DNA of 64,000 bases. It comes from an uncultured Candidatus Saccharibacteria bacterium. GTDB lineage: Bacteria > Patescibacteriota > Minisyncoccia > Phycocordibacterales > UBA918. The notes under the pieces are model-generated. The model searched no databases. It was not told the DNA's origin and saw only the letters and a list, made by a program, of their open reading frames with translations. The translations under genes were made by a program, and so were the position numbers. Below are positions 38,691 to 48,243 of this stretch, piece after piece. Position 1 is the stretch's first letter. Each line of letters starts with the position of its first letter. Location of the stretch: the NCBI GenBank assembly GCA_964643955.1, contig CAZXUO010000001.1, positions 14,314 through 78,313 of the forward strand, read 5' to 3'.

Positions 38691-39248
38691 CTAGTTTGCT
38701 GCGAATGTGTCCGAAATCATCTTTCCATCCCGCATCATGATTGCGTCCTCGCGGATATCAAACATACGGTCGCCATTTTCTGAATAGAATACGACTTGGT
38801 AGTTCTTGCCGGCGGTCGTTCCTCGCAAGAGCGAGACGCTCTGTGGTGCAAGACCGGCAGCTGTATTAAATCGTGCAGCGCCGAGTGCGTTGCCGAGTGA
38901 GCCGTTTACATCCTCATGTACAACGATCCAACCTTCATTTGTTGGATAACTTGTGCGATCACCGAGTGATACACTCGTTCCGGCTGACTGATCAGCAACT
39001 GAAAATGAAAAATCTCCGGTAACTTCTTGTACGACTGGAGCTGAAGATGTTGGTGTCTCTTCAGTCTCGTTCACTTCCGGCGCTTCTTCTGTATTCGTCA
39101 TCTCACCTTCAGGAGTTTCCTCTGAAGATGTTGTCGGCGTTGGCTTGTCCGGAGATGCCGAGAAAACCCACACCAAGAGTCCGCCAATAAGTAGTCCTGC
39201 AACAAATGCAACAACGGTCTTCTGACTTTCTAATTTCTTATCATCCAT
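38691..39248 (-). CDS. Membrane-anchored hypothetical protein
   Basis: N-terminal TM, E/T/P-rich linker, beta-rich domain (DQ.AG, GWIVVH, LGA). Confidence 0.7.
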   Translation of the reverse strand: MDDKKLESQKTVVAFVAGLLIGGLLVWVFSASPDKPTPTTSSEETPEGEMTNTEEAPEVNETEETPTSSAPVVQEVTGDFSFSVADQSAGTSVSLGDRTSYPTNEGWIVVHEDVNGSLGNALGAARFNTAAGLAPQSVSLLRGTTAGKNYQVVFYSENGDRMFDIREDAIMMRDGKMISDTFAAN

Positions 39249-39300
39249 ACTAGGAATTTCTATATACCAGTAAAATACCCGAAAATTATAGCATGGCTGT

Positions 39301-40134
39301 TTAGCTGCGACAGAGATTGACACCCTCTTCTATTATGGTCTCGATTTTCTTGGGAGCGATACCGGCCGCACGAAGCACATCGCGCTTCTCAGGCATGTCT
39401 TTACAGAGGACAATCCCCTGTGCGAGGAGTGCTTGCTTTTCGCGTGTCGTAAGGCTTGGAAGCGCCGTAATGGGGTAAATGCCCGCTTCTTCAATGTAAT
39501 CTTGGAGCGTTTTTTCTTTCGGATAATCCCAGCTGATGAGGGTGAGGCCAACACAGTTGGCATACTCGATTGCAGCTTTGGTGAATTTTGTATTGGTGAT
39601 GATGTACCCTTCGTTGATGGCACATCCGGTATTTGCAATCATCTTTCCTTTCAGATCGAGGAAGCGTGCGTGTGAGTATAGTGCGACTTGCAGATCAGAT
39701 TTTACACCTGGTCGTGCATGGAATTTTGCTTCAGCAATGAAGCAGTGGTCATCTTTGTGAGCGACAAGGTCAACTTCGTGTTCGACACAAGTGCCGCGCA
39801 GAAGTGTGCCCGTGAGCGTCGTGTATCCGCGCGTCTCAAAGAGTCGTGCAAGAAAATCCTCAAAAGGAAATCCTGTGGGGCCGAGACTAAAGAGCGCGCG
39901 ACGGAGAGAGTATTTCGCCGCAGCTACTTTCTCAGTGCGCTTGAGGAGTGAGCGCGCATGACGGTAGATGTCTTCGGTCGTCATCCCATCACTTAATTCA
40001 GTCTCAATGTGCGAGACGACGTCGCGCACAATCGTGGGAGATGCTCCCGAGCGCGCGAGTGACCGTGCAAGTTTCTCGCTTGCAAAAGGTTCTGTAACAC
40101 CATCAGCTTTGATGATGAGTGGGTGCGATGTCAT
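39301..40134 (-). CDS. ATP-cone domain fused to Mrr-like restriction endonuclease domain
   Basis: IIKADG..EPF..EKL..SL (ATP cone); GFPFE, EVD..A, EAK, ITNTKFT..A..YA. Confidence 0.8.
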   Translation of the reverse strand: MTSHPLIIKADGVTEPFASEKLARSLARSGASPTIVRDVVSHIETELSDGMTTEDIYRHARSLLKRTEKVAAAKYSLRRALFSLGPTGFPFEDFLARLFETRGYTTLTGTLLRGTCVEHEVDLVAHKDDHCFIAEAKFHARPGVKSDLQVALYSHARFLDLKGKMIANTGCAINEGYIITNTKFTKAAIEYANCVGLTLISWDYPKEKTLQDYIEEAGIYPITALPSLTTREKQALLAQGIVLCKDMPEKRDVLRAAGIAPKKIETIIEEGVNLCRS

Positions 40135-40151
40135 GCGTAAAGTATAGCAAA

Positions 40152-41237
40152 CTACGCGCTCGCGCTTTCAATGATGCCGCCGCCGAGGCAGCGAGAGCCG
40201 TCATAGAGTACACATGACTGGCCGACAGCTGAAAGTTCGAGCGGCTCCTTGAGTGCGATGGTGGCAGAGGTGCCTTCTCGTGTGAGGATGGTGCCGCGCG
40301 CCGGCTTTTGGCGGTAGCGGGTCTGAAGCAGTACTTCTGCGCCGGCGCGCGGCCCAATCCAATTGGTCTCACGGAGATTGAGCGCCTGCGCCGTTCCTGC
40401 TGCGTGCACAGGCTTCTCGTGCGAAACAACGAGCTCGTTCTTCTCAATATTTTTTGCGATTACATAGTACGGACGATCATCCGAGCGCGCGTGCGTGTTG
40501 GTGAAGCCGTGACGCTGGCCGATAGTATAAAAGAGCGCTCCGTCGTGCTCTCCGACGATATTTCCCGCTTCGTCGCGTACGGTACCCGCCTCACGCGGAA
40601 TAAAATGAAAGAGAAAGTCTTTCATATCGAGCGCGCCAAGGAAGCAAACTCCCTGGCTATCTGGCTTTTCTGCAGTCGGTAGTCCTGCCTGCTGTGCCTC
40701 TTTACGAATGTCAGCTTTTTTTGTATCGCCAATAGGAAAAAGTACGTGCGCGAGCTGCTCGTCAGTCAGTGTCCAGAGAAAGTAACTTTGATCTTTATTT
40801 TCGTCAGCACCACGATGGAGCGTTACTCCTTCTTTGGTCACGACGCGCTGCGCATAATGTCCCGTTGCGACAAAATCAGCCTGATGCTCGCGTGCAAAAT
40901 CGAGGAATGCTCCAAATTTCACATGCTTATTGCACATGACGTCCGGGTTTGGTGTGCGTCCTGCTTTGTATTCTCGGACGAGGTAGTCGACAACGTCCTT
41001 CTTATAGCGATCGGTTGCATCGCAGGTCAGAAATGGAATTTCAAGTGTGGCTGCAACGCGCATCGCATCGAGCCGCTCTGCTTCCCAGTTGCACGTGAGG
41101 AAATCAGGCTGCCAGACTTTAATAAACACGCCGACCACGCGGTACCCTGCCTTCTTGAGTCTGAGCGCCGCAACCGAAGAATCTACCCCTCCCGAGAGGC
41201 CAACGAAAACGGTTTGCTGCTTTTGCGCAGTCGTCAT
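40152..41237 (-). CDS. mnmA: tRNA 2-thiouridine(34) synthase
   Basis: SGGVDSS, TPNPDVMCN, ATGHYA, KDQSYFL, DSQGVCF. Confidence 0.96.
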   Translation of the reverse strand: MTTAQKQQTVFVGLSGGVDSSVAALRLKKAGYRVVGVFIKVWQPDFLTCNWEAERLDAMRVAATLEIPFLTCDATDRYKKDVVDYLVREYKAGRTPNPDVMCNKHVKFGAFLDFAREHQADFVATGHYAQRVVTKEGVTLHRGADENKDQSYFLWTLTDEQLAHVLFPIGDTKKADIRKEAQQAGLPTAEKPDSQGVCFLGALDMKDFLFHFIPREAGTVRDEAGNIVGEHDGALFYTIGQRHGFTNTHARSDDRPYYVIAKNIEKNELVVSHEKPVHAAGTAQALNLRETNWIGPRAGAEVLLQTRYRQKPARGTILTREGTSATIALKEPLELSAVGQSCVLYDGSRCLGGGIIESASA

Positions 41238-41279
41238 AGTGGTGTCGTTATACCATCAGACGGCACCTGTATTCAATCA

Positions 41280-42266
41280 TTAGTATAAGTACGCTTCTTT
41301 GTTTTGCTTGTGCTCGTCAAAGGTACGCGCATAGTAAAAGGTGCCGTCAGGTGCGGTGAGATAGAAAAAGTAGGGTGATTCTTTTGGGGAAAGAGCTGCT
41401 TTCAGTGCGGTGATCCCAGGATTGCTGATCGGTGTAGGTGGTAATCCTCGATATAAGTAGGTGTTGTACGGAGAATCCATTGCGAGATCGTCGAGTGTGA
41501 TTTCTTCACTCGTTTTGCCAAGGAGATATGAGAAGCTCGCGTCTACTTGGAGCGGTATTCCCTCGTCGAGGCGCTTCCAAAGAATACCAGAGACGAGCTG
41601 CATACTTTCTTCAGTATTTGCCTCGCGCTCGAGGATAGATGCCATGATGATGATATCCTCGCGCGTGCGTGGCGACGCCTCGATGTCTGGTTCGAGCTCG
41701 TGTATTTTCTCTGCGAACGTACTTTCCATCAGAGCGACAAATTGTTCTGCAGAAAACGTCTCGGGGACATGGTATGTTTCGGGAAACAAGTATCCCTCCT
41801 TTCCGTCTACAGCAGCGAGAAAATCCTCAGGTGTGATGTGTGGAAGCATCTCGTGAATGAGTGCTGCGATATCGTCATTGTTCATTCCTTCGGGAATGGT
41901 GATGTGTACGAGTGGTGTGCCGTGGGTACCGCTCGTGACTGCGCGCGCTATCGCATACACAGTCAGCGGCTCATTGAATTGATAGATTCCCGCTTTCACT
42001 CCCTCATCTCTGAAGCGAGCGATGAGCAGTGTCTGCAACAGAAGTGAAGATCGAACTGCGTGTGCATCTTCAAGAATTTGTGCAGTCTCTATGACTGATG
42101 TGCCGAATGGTATTTCTATCCGCTCTCCTATCGGAAAATCAGATGGCGCGCGAGAGCTGAAGAAAAAAACAAGAGTAGTGATAATTACAGCAACGATAAG
42201 TACACCGAAAACCCGCGTGAGGCGGGGTTTTCGAGTTCGGACGGCATTATATGTTTCGATATCCAT
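41280..42266 (-). CDS. mltG: Endolytic transglycosylase MltG
   Basis: EGYLFPETY, ASILERE, LQVD, SPYNTY..GLPPTPISNPG. Confidence 0.92.
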   Translation of the reverse strand: MDIETYNAVRTRKPRLTRVFGVLIVAVIITTLVFFFSSRAPSDFPIGERIEIPFGTSVIETAQILEDAHAVRSSLLLQTLLIARFRDEGVKAGIYQFNEPLTVYAIARAVTSGTHGTPLVHITIPEGMNNDDIAALIHEMLPHITPEDFLAAVDGKEGYLFPETYHVPETFSAEQFVALMESTFAEKIHELEPDIEASPRTREDIIIMASILEREANTEESMQLVSGILWKRLDEGIPLQVDASFSYLLGKTSEEITLDDLAMDSPYNTYLYRGLPPTPISNPGITALKAALSPKESPYFFYLTAPDGTFYYARTFDEHKQNKEAYLY

Positions 42267-42267
42267 G

Positions 42268-43593
42268 TTAGAAATTGCCAATCGGAAGATTTGGAGGAGC
42301 TTCTGCGCGAGCAGAAGGAATGCGCCCCAGTGTCGGTGTGCCCGCAACCTTTCCTGGTAGATGGAAAATCGTCGCGAGTTCTTCGTTCGTCATAATAAAC
42401 TTACCATCTCCACCTGATTGTGGATCATACGCGCGGCGCTTGTATTCATTGAGCTCCCGCTTCTTGTGGTGTACGCGCTTTTTGCCGCTCGGATCTTGCC
42501 ACCATGGCCAGCTATAGTCGGTACGCCACTTGAGTGCGATTGAGTTGAGCATATTGTCGCCGTACTGCGCCCATGAGGTGATGATGGCGCCAATACGCTC
42601 TCCGGGAAGGAAGTACCCTTTCTTTGCCGCGTAGATCGCACGAATGGCGGTGTTGAATGGAGTTTTTGACATGCTGCGCTCAAGCGCCTTGATGACGTTG
42701 CGCTCCCCTTCGGTGAGTCGCGGCTGCGACTCAAGTTCAGCAGGACCAAGCTTTTTTGCATCGCGACCCGCGAGCTTGTTGATTTCTGCCTTGATGCTAT
42801 CGGTCCATTCAGGCACGAGACCAAGAGTACCAACTTCAAAGTCCTCCTTGCGGTGCGCTGAGATGAGGATTTGGATCCAGATGCGCTCGTTTGGACCGAT
42901 GCTACCCATCATGTCGAGCATCTGCGTCATTGGATCGATCTTGAATTCTTCTTTTGGATCTTTGTCGAGGCCGTAGTCGATGTACGTCTTTATTGGGTAT
43001 ACATCAGCCTTCTTGATTCCGAAGTGAATACTAAAGAGATCAAACTCCTCGAGCTCGCTATCGATTTCTGCCGTGTAATCGACATCAAGCTCGCGCACTT
43101 CGATGCCGGGATACTGTGAGTAGAGCTGTGTCTCGATGATATTCTTGAATTTCTTTTTTGGTGTGTTGATGAAGAAACGGATTTTGCCGCCATCAGATAC
43201 TATCTCAAGGCCAAAGACAGGAGGATGTTTGCCGTCTATGTATGTTTGAAGCAGGTTGTCTGGACCTGACTTCTGGAAGAAGTGCGTGAGCACAAGCTCC
43301 ATCGCAAGTGGCGACTTGAGGATTTCCTCAGGAAGCAAAATCTCAAGCGTCGTATTTCCTTGGTCGAGCTTGAAACTCTTTTTGATGTAGTCCATCCATT
43401 TCTCGAAAAAGAGAAAGAAAAGAATGGTCGGAAGCCAGATGGGACTGAGTGCGATCGCAAATGAGATGACGGTCGAGAGGGCGACATTGGTAATGGAAAA
43501 AGCCACCAAGAGAAGCGTGACGCCTATGATGGCGACAATGATGGCTGAACTGATGCCAAATCTTTCAAACCACTTCAGAAAACCTTCGATCAT
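42268..43593 (-). CDS. Membrane-associated hypothetical protein
   Basis: Two N-terminal TMs; long ORF with LYSQYP, YPIKTY, ELATIFHLP. Confidence 0.7.
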   Translation of the reverse strand: MIEGFLKWFERFGISSAIIVAIIGVTLLLVAFSITNVALSTVISFAIALSPIWLPTILFFLFFEKWMDYIKKSFKLDQGNTTLEILLPEEILKSPLAMELVLTHFFQKSGPDNLLQTYIDGKHPPVFGLEIVSDGGKIRFFINTPKKKFKNIIETQLYSQYPGIEVRELDVDYTAEIDSELEEFDLFSIHFGIKKADVYPIKTYIDYGLDKDPKEEFKIDPMTQMLDMMGSIGPNERIWIQILISAHRKEDFEVGTLGLVPEWTDSIKAEINKLAGRDAKKLGPAELESQPRLTEGERNVIKALERSMSKTPFNTAIRAIYAAKKGYFLPGERIGAIITSWAQYGDNMLNSIALKWRTDYSWPWWQDPSGKKRVHHKKRELNEYKRRAYDPQSGGDGKFIMTNEELATIFHLPGKVAGTPTLGRIPSARAEAPPNLPIGNF

Positions 43594-43657
43594 GCGTACC
43601 TCATTGTAGCATCGAGCTTACGTGGCGCATGAGCTCGTCGATGGCTGTGTGTGTATA

Positions 43658-43694
43658 CGAAAATGCCCGCGGCCTACGGCCGCGGGCATTTTCG
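43658..43694. terminator. GC-rich hairpin/terminator (repeat copy 1)
   Basis: CGAAAATGCCCGCGGCC-TAC-GGCCGCGGGCATTTTCG. Confidence 0.8.
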
Positions 43695-43702
43695 AAACAT
43701 AT

Positions 43703-44737
43703 TTACTTCGTCAGTGTGTAGTTGCCGTCAGGGAGTCGTGTGAAGAGTGAGGCATCCTGGAGGTTCACGATGATTGTGTTGTCCTTTACGTAACGCTCTT
43801 TGCGAACGCGGTCGATGATCTCATCTCGAGTGAGCGGACCATTTTCTTTGAGGATCGCACGGAGGACATCTTTTACGACGCCTGCACTGTATCCCCACTC
43901 AGTGAGCGCGTAGAGACCGCGACCGACGAGTACAAAACGTCCATCCTTGATGAGCTCGTTGTGGCAGGTAGCGACGTGCGCCTTTCGATTGAAAAGAGAC
44001 TCGATTGCCTCTGCGACTTCACGGAAGTGCATCGGAGAACCGTGGCGCTTGACCGCGAGGTATGCGAAATCGCGAATACCCTTTGCGCGTACATTGGGGC
44101 TTGTTGAGATTCCCCACTCTCCGAGCGGATTCTGACCGATTGCCTTTGAGAGACCGAGCCAGCGCTTCACATATTCTTCTTGCTTGTAGCGCTCCTCAAC
44201 TTTTGAGAGCTTTGCGATAAAGCGGTTAATCATCTCTGACTCGCTGATGAGCTCTTCTTCTGAAAGGGACTCCTGCACCTCGCTCAATGCCTTTTCGACA
44301 GCCTGCGCAAGTGACTCCTTTACGTACCAGCGATGATGGAAAGAATTGTCTTCTTTGTTTCGATTGAACGGTGTGCCAAGCACGAGGAGGAAGAAGATGT
44401 GGTTACGTGTCGACTGGTCTGATGCGAGTGCTGCAAGGAGATCTTGTTCGGCAATGATGCCGCCGAGTTCTTCGACGATGTCGACAAGCTCAGCAAAAAG
44501 CTGCTCGTATTCTTTGTAAACGTCTGACTTCTGGATTGACTGAATGCTGTAGTTTTCAATCTGGCGGACGCGCTCACGAGTGATACCGTAGGTCTGGCCG
44601 ATAGCCTCAAGAGTCTGGCTCGTACTGTCCTGTGTGCCGAGGCCGTAGCGCTTTTCGAGCACGTCGCGGGCACGTGGAGGGAGCACAGCAAGAAGCTTTT
44701 TGGTGACTTGTTTTGGCTTGAAACTGATAGTTTTCAT
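43703..44737 (-). CDS. Sigma-70 region 4 HTH plus HARE-HTH (RNAP delta-like) domain protein
   Basis: TLEAIG..YGITRERVRQIE; PMHFREVA..HNELI.D.RFVLVGRG.YAL.EW; no sigma region 2 seen. Confidence 0.75.
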   Translation of the reverse strand: MKTISFKPKQVTKKLLAVLPPRARDVLEKRYGLGTQDSTSQTLEAIGQTYGITRERVRQIENYSIQSIQKSDVYKEYEQLFAELVDIVEELGGIIAEQDLLAALASDQSTRNHIFFLLVLGTPFNRNKEDNSFHHRWYVKESLAQAVEKALSEVQESLSEEELISESEMINRFIAKLSKVEERYKQEEYVKRWLGLSKAIGQNPLGEWGISTSPNVRAKGIRDFAYLAVKRHGSPMHFREVAEAIESLFNRKAHVATCHNELIKDGRFVLVGRGLYALTEWGYSAGVVKDVLRAILKENGPLTRDEIIDRVRKERYVKDNTIIVNLQDASLFTRLPDGNYTLTK

Positions 44738-44825
44738 AGTATATTTGCGCTCTTTTTGACCACACTTACGGTCATCTATCAACTATTTTTAGCACGCTAT
44801 TTCAGGTACGTCAAGTATCCCCTGC

Positions 44826-47210
44826 TTAGGTGCTGGTGATAACATTCAAAATCTTTTTCGGTATATAGACGACTCGGGCGATGGTCTTGTCAGCAATTCG
44901 CTCTGCCATCGCAGGGAGTGCGAGCGCAGCAGCGCGCGCTGTCTCCTCATCCGCGTCAGGTGAGATCGTGATTGTTCCGCGTACCTTCCCATCTACCTGT
45001 ACTGCGATCGTGACGGTCTCAGATGCTAGGAGCGTAAGATCTGCAACGGGCCATGCAGCTGTATGAATTGAGCTTGTTTCTCCGAGCGCCTCCCAGAGCT
45101 CGTCGGTGAGGTGTGGTGCAAATGGCGCGAGCAGCGTGAGGAAGGTCCTATACGAGGCCTCAGTAAGTCCCTGCTCTTCTGCAGCATTGATAAAGATCAT
45201 GAGCGCACTGATGCAGGTGTTGAATTTAAAACTCTCAATGTCGCGCGTCACTTTATCGACGGTGCGATGAAGGAGTGACGTCACTTCTTTTGATTCCTCA
45301 GGCACGACATGATCCTTAAGGCCATTTACCCGCTCAAGGAAACGACGAATGCCTGCGATACCTCCCATATTCCATGGGTAGTTGGTTGTTTCTCCATAAG
45401 GACCCATAAATGCGAGATACATTTTGACGGTATCCGCACCGAGTCGAAGGACCTGCTCGTCAGGATCGATGACGTTGCCTTTTGATTTCGACATTTTATT
45501 GCCGTCGGGACCGAGGACGAGGCCACGATTCACACGACGCTCGTAGGGTTCCGACGCGCTCACGAGACCAAGGTCAAAAAGTGCTTTTTGCCAAAAGCGA
45601 GAATACAGGAGGTGCATGGTCGTGTGCTCAGCTCCGCCAAAATAGAGATCGACCGGCATCCATTCTTTTTGTACCGCAAGCGACGAGAGCTCAGTCTCGT
45701 TTCTATTATCGATATAGCGAAGGAAATACCACGAAGAATCGACGAAGGTATCCATCGTCTCGACCTCTGGTGTCCATCCTTTTCCGAAGATGCGCTCGGT
45801 GCGCTCACGGAGCTCGTTTGATTTTGCGAGTGGCGCAACGCCTGTTGGCTTGAAGTCGACATCGGTCGGAAGCGTCCACGGAAGATGTTCAAGTGGCACC
45901 GGATGTGCGTTTCCTTCTGGGTCGTACACAATAGGAATAGGTACACCCCAATAGCGCTGTCGGCCAATAGACCAATCACGTAGCTTGTAGGTCTTCGTCA
46001 TACGCCCACCCACTTTCTGTACGATAGCCTCCTTTGCTTCCTCACTATCCATTCCATCAAACTCACCTGAGTTGATGAGTTTTCCATGTCCAGTAGATGG
46101 AAGAGGCGTGTCGGTTTTCACTACTTCAACAATTGGAATATTGTAGGTTTGCGCAAAAGCAAAATCTCTCTCATCGTGTGCGGGGACGGCCATGAGTGCG
46201 CCAGTGCCATAGGTTGCGATTGCATAATCTGCAATGAAGACAGGGATCTCCTCCCCGTTAGCGGGGTTGATAGCTGTAATACCTTCAAGCTTTACCCCCG
46301 TCTTCTCTTTTGTTGCATTGAGACGATCCTGTTCATCTTTTTGTGCTGCAGCTTTTCGGTATGCATCAACATCGTCCCAGTTCACAATTTTTTCTTTGAG
46401 TGACGTGACAAGCACATGCTCGGGCGCAAGCACAAGGTATGTTGCGCCAAAGAGCGTGTCGGGGCGTGTGGTAAACACTTTTACTTCGTCGCCAGAAGAG
46501 AATTTGAATGTAATCTCTGCGCCTGATGAGCGGCCGATCCAGTTGCGCTGGGATTCCTTGATCGCATGCGGCCAATCAAGCGGCTCGAGGTCATCGATGA
46601 GGCGATCGGCGTATTTTGTGATGCGCAAAAGCCATTGCGGCATCTCACGCTTTTCGATCACATCTCCTGAGCGCTCGCAGGTACCGTCAGAGAGTACTTG
46701 CTCGTTTGCAATCACGGTATTACAACCGGGACACCAATTGACCGTGCCCGTACCGCGGTACGCAACGTCATTCTCGAAGAATTTCGTAAACATCCACTGC
46801 GTCCATTTGTAGTACTCAGGATCAGTTGAGCTTGTCGTCGCATTCCACGAAAAAGCATTTCCCATGCTCTCGAGCTGGCCCTTCATATGCGCTACGTTCG
46901 CATCAGTCCATTCTTTTGGATCGAGATTGCGCTTGATTGCGGCATTTTCTGCAGGAAGACCAAAGGCGTCGAAGCCCATTGGGAATAGTACCTGCTTCCC
47001 TTGCATACGGCGCGCACGCACGTAGGCATCAGGTACAGCAAACGCGTACCAGTGACCGATATGCAGGTTGCCTGACGGGTATGGCCACTCAACGAGTACG
47101 TACTCCTTTTCTTTGCTTGTATCGCGTGAGGTGAATTCGTAGAGTTTTGCCTCTTCCCAGCGCTTCTGCCATTTTTTCTCTATCGAGGTGTGGTCAAATT
47201 TCTTATGCAT
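44826..47210 (-). CDS. leuS: Leucine--tRNA ligase
   Basis: PYPSG.LHIGH, FTTRPDT, GTG..MAVPAHDERD, KMSKS. Confidence 0.97.
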   Translation of the reverse strand: MHKKFDHTSIEKKWQKRWEEAKLYEFTSRDTSKEKEYVLVEWPYPSGNLHIGHWYAFAVPDAYVRARRMQGKQVLFPMGFDAFGLPAENAAIKRNLDPKEWTDANVAHMKGQLESMGNAFSWNATTSSTDPEYYKWTQWMFTKFFENDVAYRGTGTVNWCPGCNTVIANEQVLSDGTCERSGDVIEKREMPQWLLRITKYADRLIDDLEPLDWPHAIKESQRNWIGRSSGAEITFKFSSGDEVKVFTTRPDTLFGATYLVLAPEHVLVTSLKEKIVNWDDVDAYRKAAAQKDEQDRLNATKEKTGVKLEGITAINPANGEEIPVFIADYAIATYGTGALMAVPAHDERDFAFAQTYNIPIVEVVKTDTPLPSTGHGKLINSGEFDGMDSEEAKEAIVQKVGGRMTKTYKLRDWSIGRQRYWGVPIPIVYDPEGNAHPVPLEHLPWTLPTDVDFKPTGVAPLAKSNELRERTERIFGKGWTPEVETMDTFVDSSWYFLRYIDNRNETELSSLAVQKEWMPVDLYFGGAEHTTMHLLYSRFWQKALFDLGLVSASEPYERRVNRGLVLGPDGNKMSKSKGNVIDPDEQVLRLGADTVKMYLAFMGPYGETTNYPWNMGGIAGIRRFLERVNGLKDHVVPEESKEVTSLLHRTVDKVTRDIESFKFNTCISALMIFINAAEEQGLTEASYRTFLTLLAPFAPHLTDELWEALGETSSIHTAAWPVADLTLLASETVTIAVQVDGKVRGTITISPDADEETARAAALALPAMAERIADKTIARVVYIPKKILNVITST

Positions 47211-47241
47211 GGCAGATCTGTTCACTCATCCGAGAGGTCGA

Positions 47242-48168
47242 TTAGAAGATAGGCTGTGCGACTGGTTTTACGAGTGCAGGATCAATCGTGCGTTCAAAGC
47301 AGTGCTCGCCGGCAGAATACTCCCACGTAGGTGAGCCGACAATTCCGTATGACTGTGCGTGGCTTGCGCTATATACACCTGAATCTTGGCCAAACGTCGC
47401 GCAAATAGTAAATGAGAGCTCGCTGTCGCGCGTGTAGCTATATGCAGGGCGGTCTTCGGGCGCTACGGGCATACCGTATCCCATGACATCATTTTCAAGC
47501 GCACTGAGTGTTGCAGGAAGCTGTTGATTTTGCTGCCAGTATGAGACGATCTGGTATTGGATTGTCTGGAGGTCACTCACCTGTTGCTGGTCGAGACGAA
47601 TCTCGCGCTGAGCGCTCGGGCTTCCCATGATAAAGAATCCACCGATGATAACCGCGATGACCCCGACGCCAAGCGCAGCTCCGACGGCCTTTGAAAGTGA
47701 TTCGCGTGTATTCCAATGACCACGGATATCGAGAATGAAGTACCAGAATGCTGCTCCCATGATGCCGAGCAAGATGAGTACTTTGAAGAGGAATGTGGTT
47801 GCGAGTTCACCACCGAGGAAAGAATTGAGGAGGACGATCAAGTCACCGATGATGGTAGCACCCGCAATAAAGAGCGTGATGTAGGTAAGCCAGCGGCGGA
47901 TACCAAGCGATTGTCGCTCGGGTGTTGCGCGCGTCTCCTTCTGAATCATCCGCATGAGGTAGAGGAAAATCGGTACGAGAACAATAAGTGATGCAATTGC
48001 AAAACGCATCGTGCCTGAATACGGATCGATATAGTAAATGTCATATACCGGATCAGGGAACGCGACATCGACGAGTCGGAAAAGGAGTGTGATAAGTGCA
48101 ATCGCCGCTAAATACAATGTAGCAAAAGCGCCAAAGTGTAGGAAAAAGTCTCGTGGTGTATTTTTCAT
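47242..48168 (-). CDS. DUF5671-like membrane protein
   Basis: PRDFFL, RFAIASLIV, YITLF..GDL..FLGGE, GSP..R..RLD; pilin-like C-terminal region with Cys pair. Confidence 0.7.
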   Translation of the reverse strand: MKNTPRDFFLHFGAFATLYLAAIALITLLFRLVDVAFPDPVYDIYYIDPYSGTMRFAIASLIVLVPIFLYLMRMIQKETRATPERQSLGIRRWLTYITLFIAGATIIGDLIVLLNSFLGGELATTFLFKVLILLGIMGAAFWYFILDIRGHWNTRESLSKAVGAALGVGVIAVIIGGFFIMGSPSAQREIRLDQQQVSDLQTIQYQIVSYWQQNQQLPATLSALENDVMGYGMPVAPEDRPAYSYTRDSELSFTICATFGQDSGVYSASHAQSYGIVGSPTWEYSAGEHCFERTIDPALVKPVAQPIF

Positions 48169-48243
48169 ATGTTTATGAGCAACCTCCAATAATCCACGTA
48201 TTATGTCGTGGAAACACACTTTCGTAAAGAGACTCGCGCACTC

